A stretch of DNA of 7,904 nt from NCBI GenBank assembly GCA_027031765.1, contig JALVPN010000135.1, positions 3,666 to 11,569 of the forward strand, read 5' to 3'. The notes beneath the pieces were generated by a model. It was not told the origin of the DNA. It saw nothing but the letters and a program-made list of their open reading frames with translations, and searched no databases. The position numbers and the translations under genes were made by a program. Every line of letters starts with the position of its first letter. Position 1 is the stretch's first letter. Below are positions 6,760 through 7,904 of this stretch, piece after piece. This DNA comes from Promethearchaeota archaeon (GTDB lineage: Archaea > Asgardarchaeota > Thorarchaeia > Thorarchaeales > Thorarchaeaceae).

Positions 6760-7542
6760 TCAGGGCTCTGCCACGAGCTTTCTTGCAAACGTCATGTACC
6801 CGGTGTGACCGACCATCCATGTGGGGGGTCGTGTCTTGCCCTCACGGACCATGATTTCCCGGACGAGCACCTCCAAGGTCTTGATCATGCCCCACCTGTT
6901 GTCTTCCCGCAGGGCCTTGCAGGTACGCATCACCTGTTCGATTGTGGGGCTGTAGCTGGCGAGCACACGGCTCGGACAGAGGGCCTCGTGAGCCGTCTTG
7001 AGCACCTCCCAAGGGGTAGCGAGGTCGAGCACCACCGCGTCCACATCTCGTTCTTCGATACCGTCACGCACATCCTTGCAGTACATTGTGATCCGGTCCA
7101 TGTCGGCAAAGCGTGAGAGGCTCTTGTGTGCACTCCGGTACATGTCCTCCCGCACCTCGTACGTGTAGACGTGGCCAGAGTCCCCCACCACATTGGACAG
7201 TACCCACGTGAGGGCGCCTGAGCCCGTGCCAGACTCGACGACCCGTGAGCCCGCACCTATGCCGGTCTCCACGATAATCATGCCTGCGTCCTTGGGGTAG
7301 ACAATCTGCGTGCTGCGTCCCATTGCCACTTGGATGTCGGTGACTGTGGGCCTGTGCACTTCGAACACCTGTCCGGAGTGGCTGCGAATTCTGATGCCAT
7401 AGGGCCGGCCAATGAGGTCGTCATAGTGGATGATGCCCCTATTGGAGTGGAACGCCGCGCCGGCCTGCACCTTACGGAGCCACGTCCTTCTGGCATCAAG
7501 GTAGATGCGGACATACGCCCCGTCCTGGATTGTCTCGTGCAT
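6760..7542 (-). CDS. trmI: tRNA (adenine(58)-N1)-methyltransferase TrmI (GCD14 family)
   Basis: FHSNRGIIHYDDLIG, RSTQIVYPKD, SAM motif VVESGTGSGALT, VYTYEVREDM, DAVVLDLATPW, YSPTIEQV, VGHTGYMTFARK. Confidence 0.96.
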   Translation of the reverse strand: MHETIQDGAYVRIYLDARRTWLRKVQAGAAFHSNRGIIHYDDLIGRPYGIRIRSHSGQVFEVHRPTVTDIQVAMGRSTQIVYPKDAGMIIVETGIGAGSRVVESGTGSGALTWVLSNVVGDSGHVYTYEVREDMYRSAHKSLSRFADMDRITMYCKDVRDGIEERDVDAVVLDLATPWEVLKTAHEALCPSRVLASYSPTIEQVMRTCKALREDNRWGMIKTLEVLVREIMVREGKTRPPTWMVGHTGYMTFARKLVAEP

Positions 7543-7662
7543 GGTGAGGGGTTCTGATGGGACTCGTTTTGAGTCTTGCTGACTCGGAGGACAACACAGG
7601 CGCGATGTCAGGTGGTACCCCGTGTACCGGGTCTGTTGTTGGGGTCATCCCCCATGGTTGGC

Positions 7663-7670
7663 CTTATAAG
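7663..7670. promoter_or_regulatory. Palindromic TATA-like element between divergent genes
   Basis: CTTATAAG is self-complementary and lies between trmI (start 7542, minus) and the plus-strand gene starting at about 7705. Confidence 0.5.
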
Positions 7671-7704
7671 ACCCGCCTCATCTCTTCACACGAGGTGGAA
7701 GACC

Positions 7705-7904
7705 TTGAGTAGCGGAGGTGTGACACCACCTATTAACATGAAGATTGCCTCAATGACAGACCTTGCCAGGATGCTCGTTTCTTGGTCTCAGAGGGACCGG
7801 CCTGCAAGCATGTTCTACTTTGAACACAAGGGGAAGCATATCTACGGGACGCTAATTTCCAATCCGGGGTACTATGAGTACCATGGGCTCCCACTGTGGA
7901 TCTA
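7705..7904 (+). CDS. Archaeal hypothetical protein, 5' part (runs off the window; absent from the ORF track)
   Basis: Open frame (M)SSGGVTPPINMKIASMTDLARMLVSWSQRDRPASMFYFEHKGKHIYGTLISNPGYYEYHGLPLWI with no stop to the window end. GAGGTG SD at 7692-7697 before TTG 7705; alternative starts GTG 7720 and ATG 7738. Confidence 0.75.
   Translation, partial: MSSGGVTPPINMKIASMTDLARMLVSWSQRDRPASMFYFEHKGKHIYGTLISNPGYYEYHGLPLWI

Noticed and set aside
1-7904. Mobile elements, CRISPR arrays, tRNA/rRNA genes
   Set aside because: No transposase or integrase motifs, terminal repeats, regularly spaced repeats or RNA-gene signatures seen.

Overview
GC-rich archaeal window, most likely from an Asgard archaeon (Thorarchaeota-like). 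This is inferred from a longin/roadblock-type protein, archaeal TATA boxes and an archaeal TrmI. Left to right: a small membrane-anchored OB-fold protein (+); a minus-strand vitamin B12 cluster (iron-sulfur flavoprotein, CobO-type adenosyltransferase, B12-dependent acyl-CoA mutase large subunit); a predicted longin + roadblock two-domain protein (-); a heavily frameshifted bactofilin-like pseudogene (+) that the ORF track does not resolve; a two-gene unit of a hypothetical protein and a coiled-coil/winged-helix protein (-); tRNA m1A58 methyltransferase TrmI (-); and the 5' part of a divergent archaeal hypothetical gene (+). The strongest observations are (1) the mutase carries the Phe/Gln specificity pair of isobutyryl-CoA mutases rather than the Tyr/Arg pair of methylmalonyl-CoA mutase, (2) the longin-roadblock fusion, (3) the decayed bactofilin-like gene among intact neighbours, and (4) a structured intergenic region upstream of the B12 cluster with a possible alternative pairing next to the first start codon. 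All family calls come from reading motifs by eye; no searches were run.
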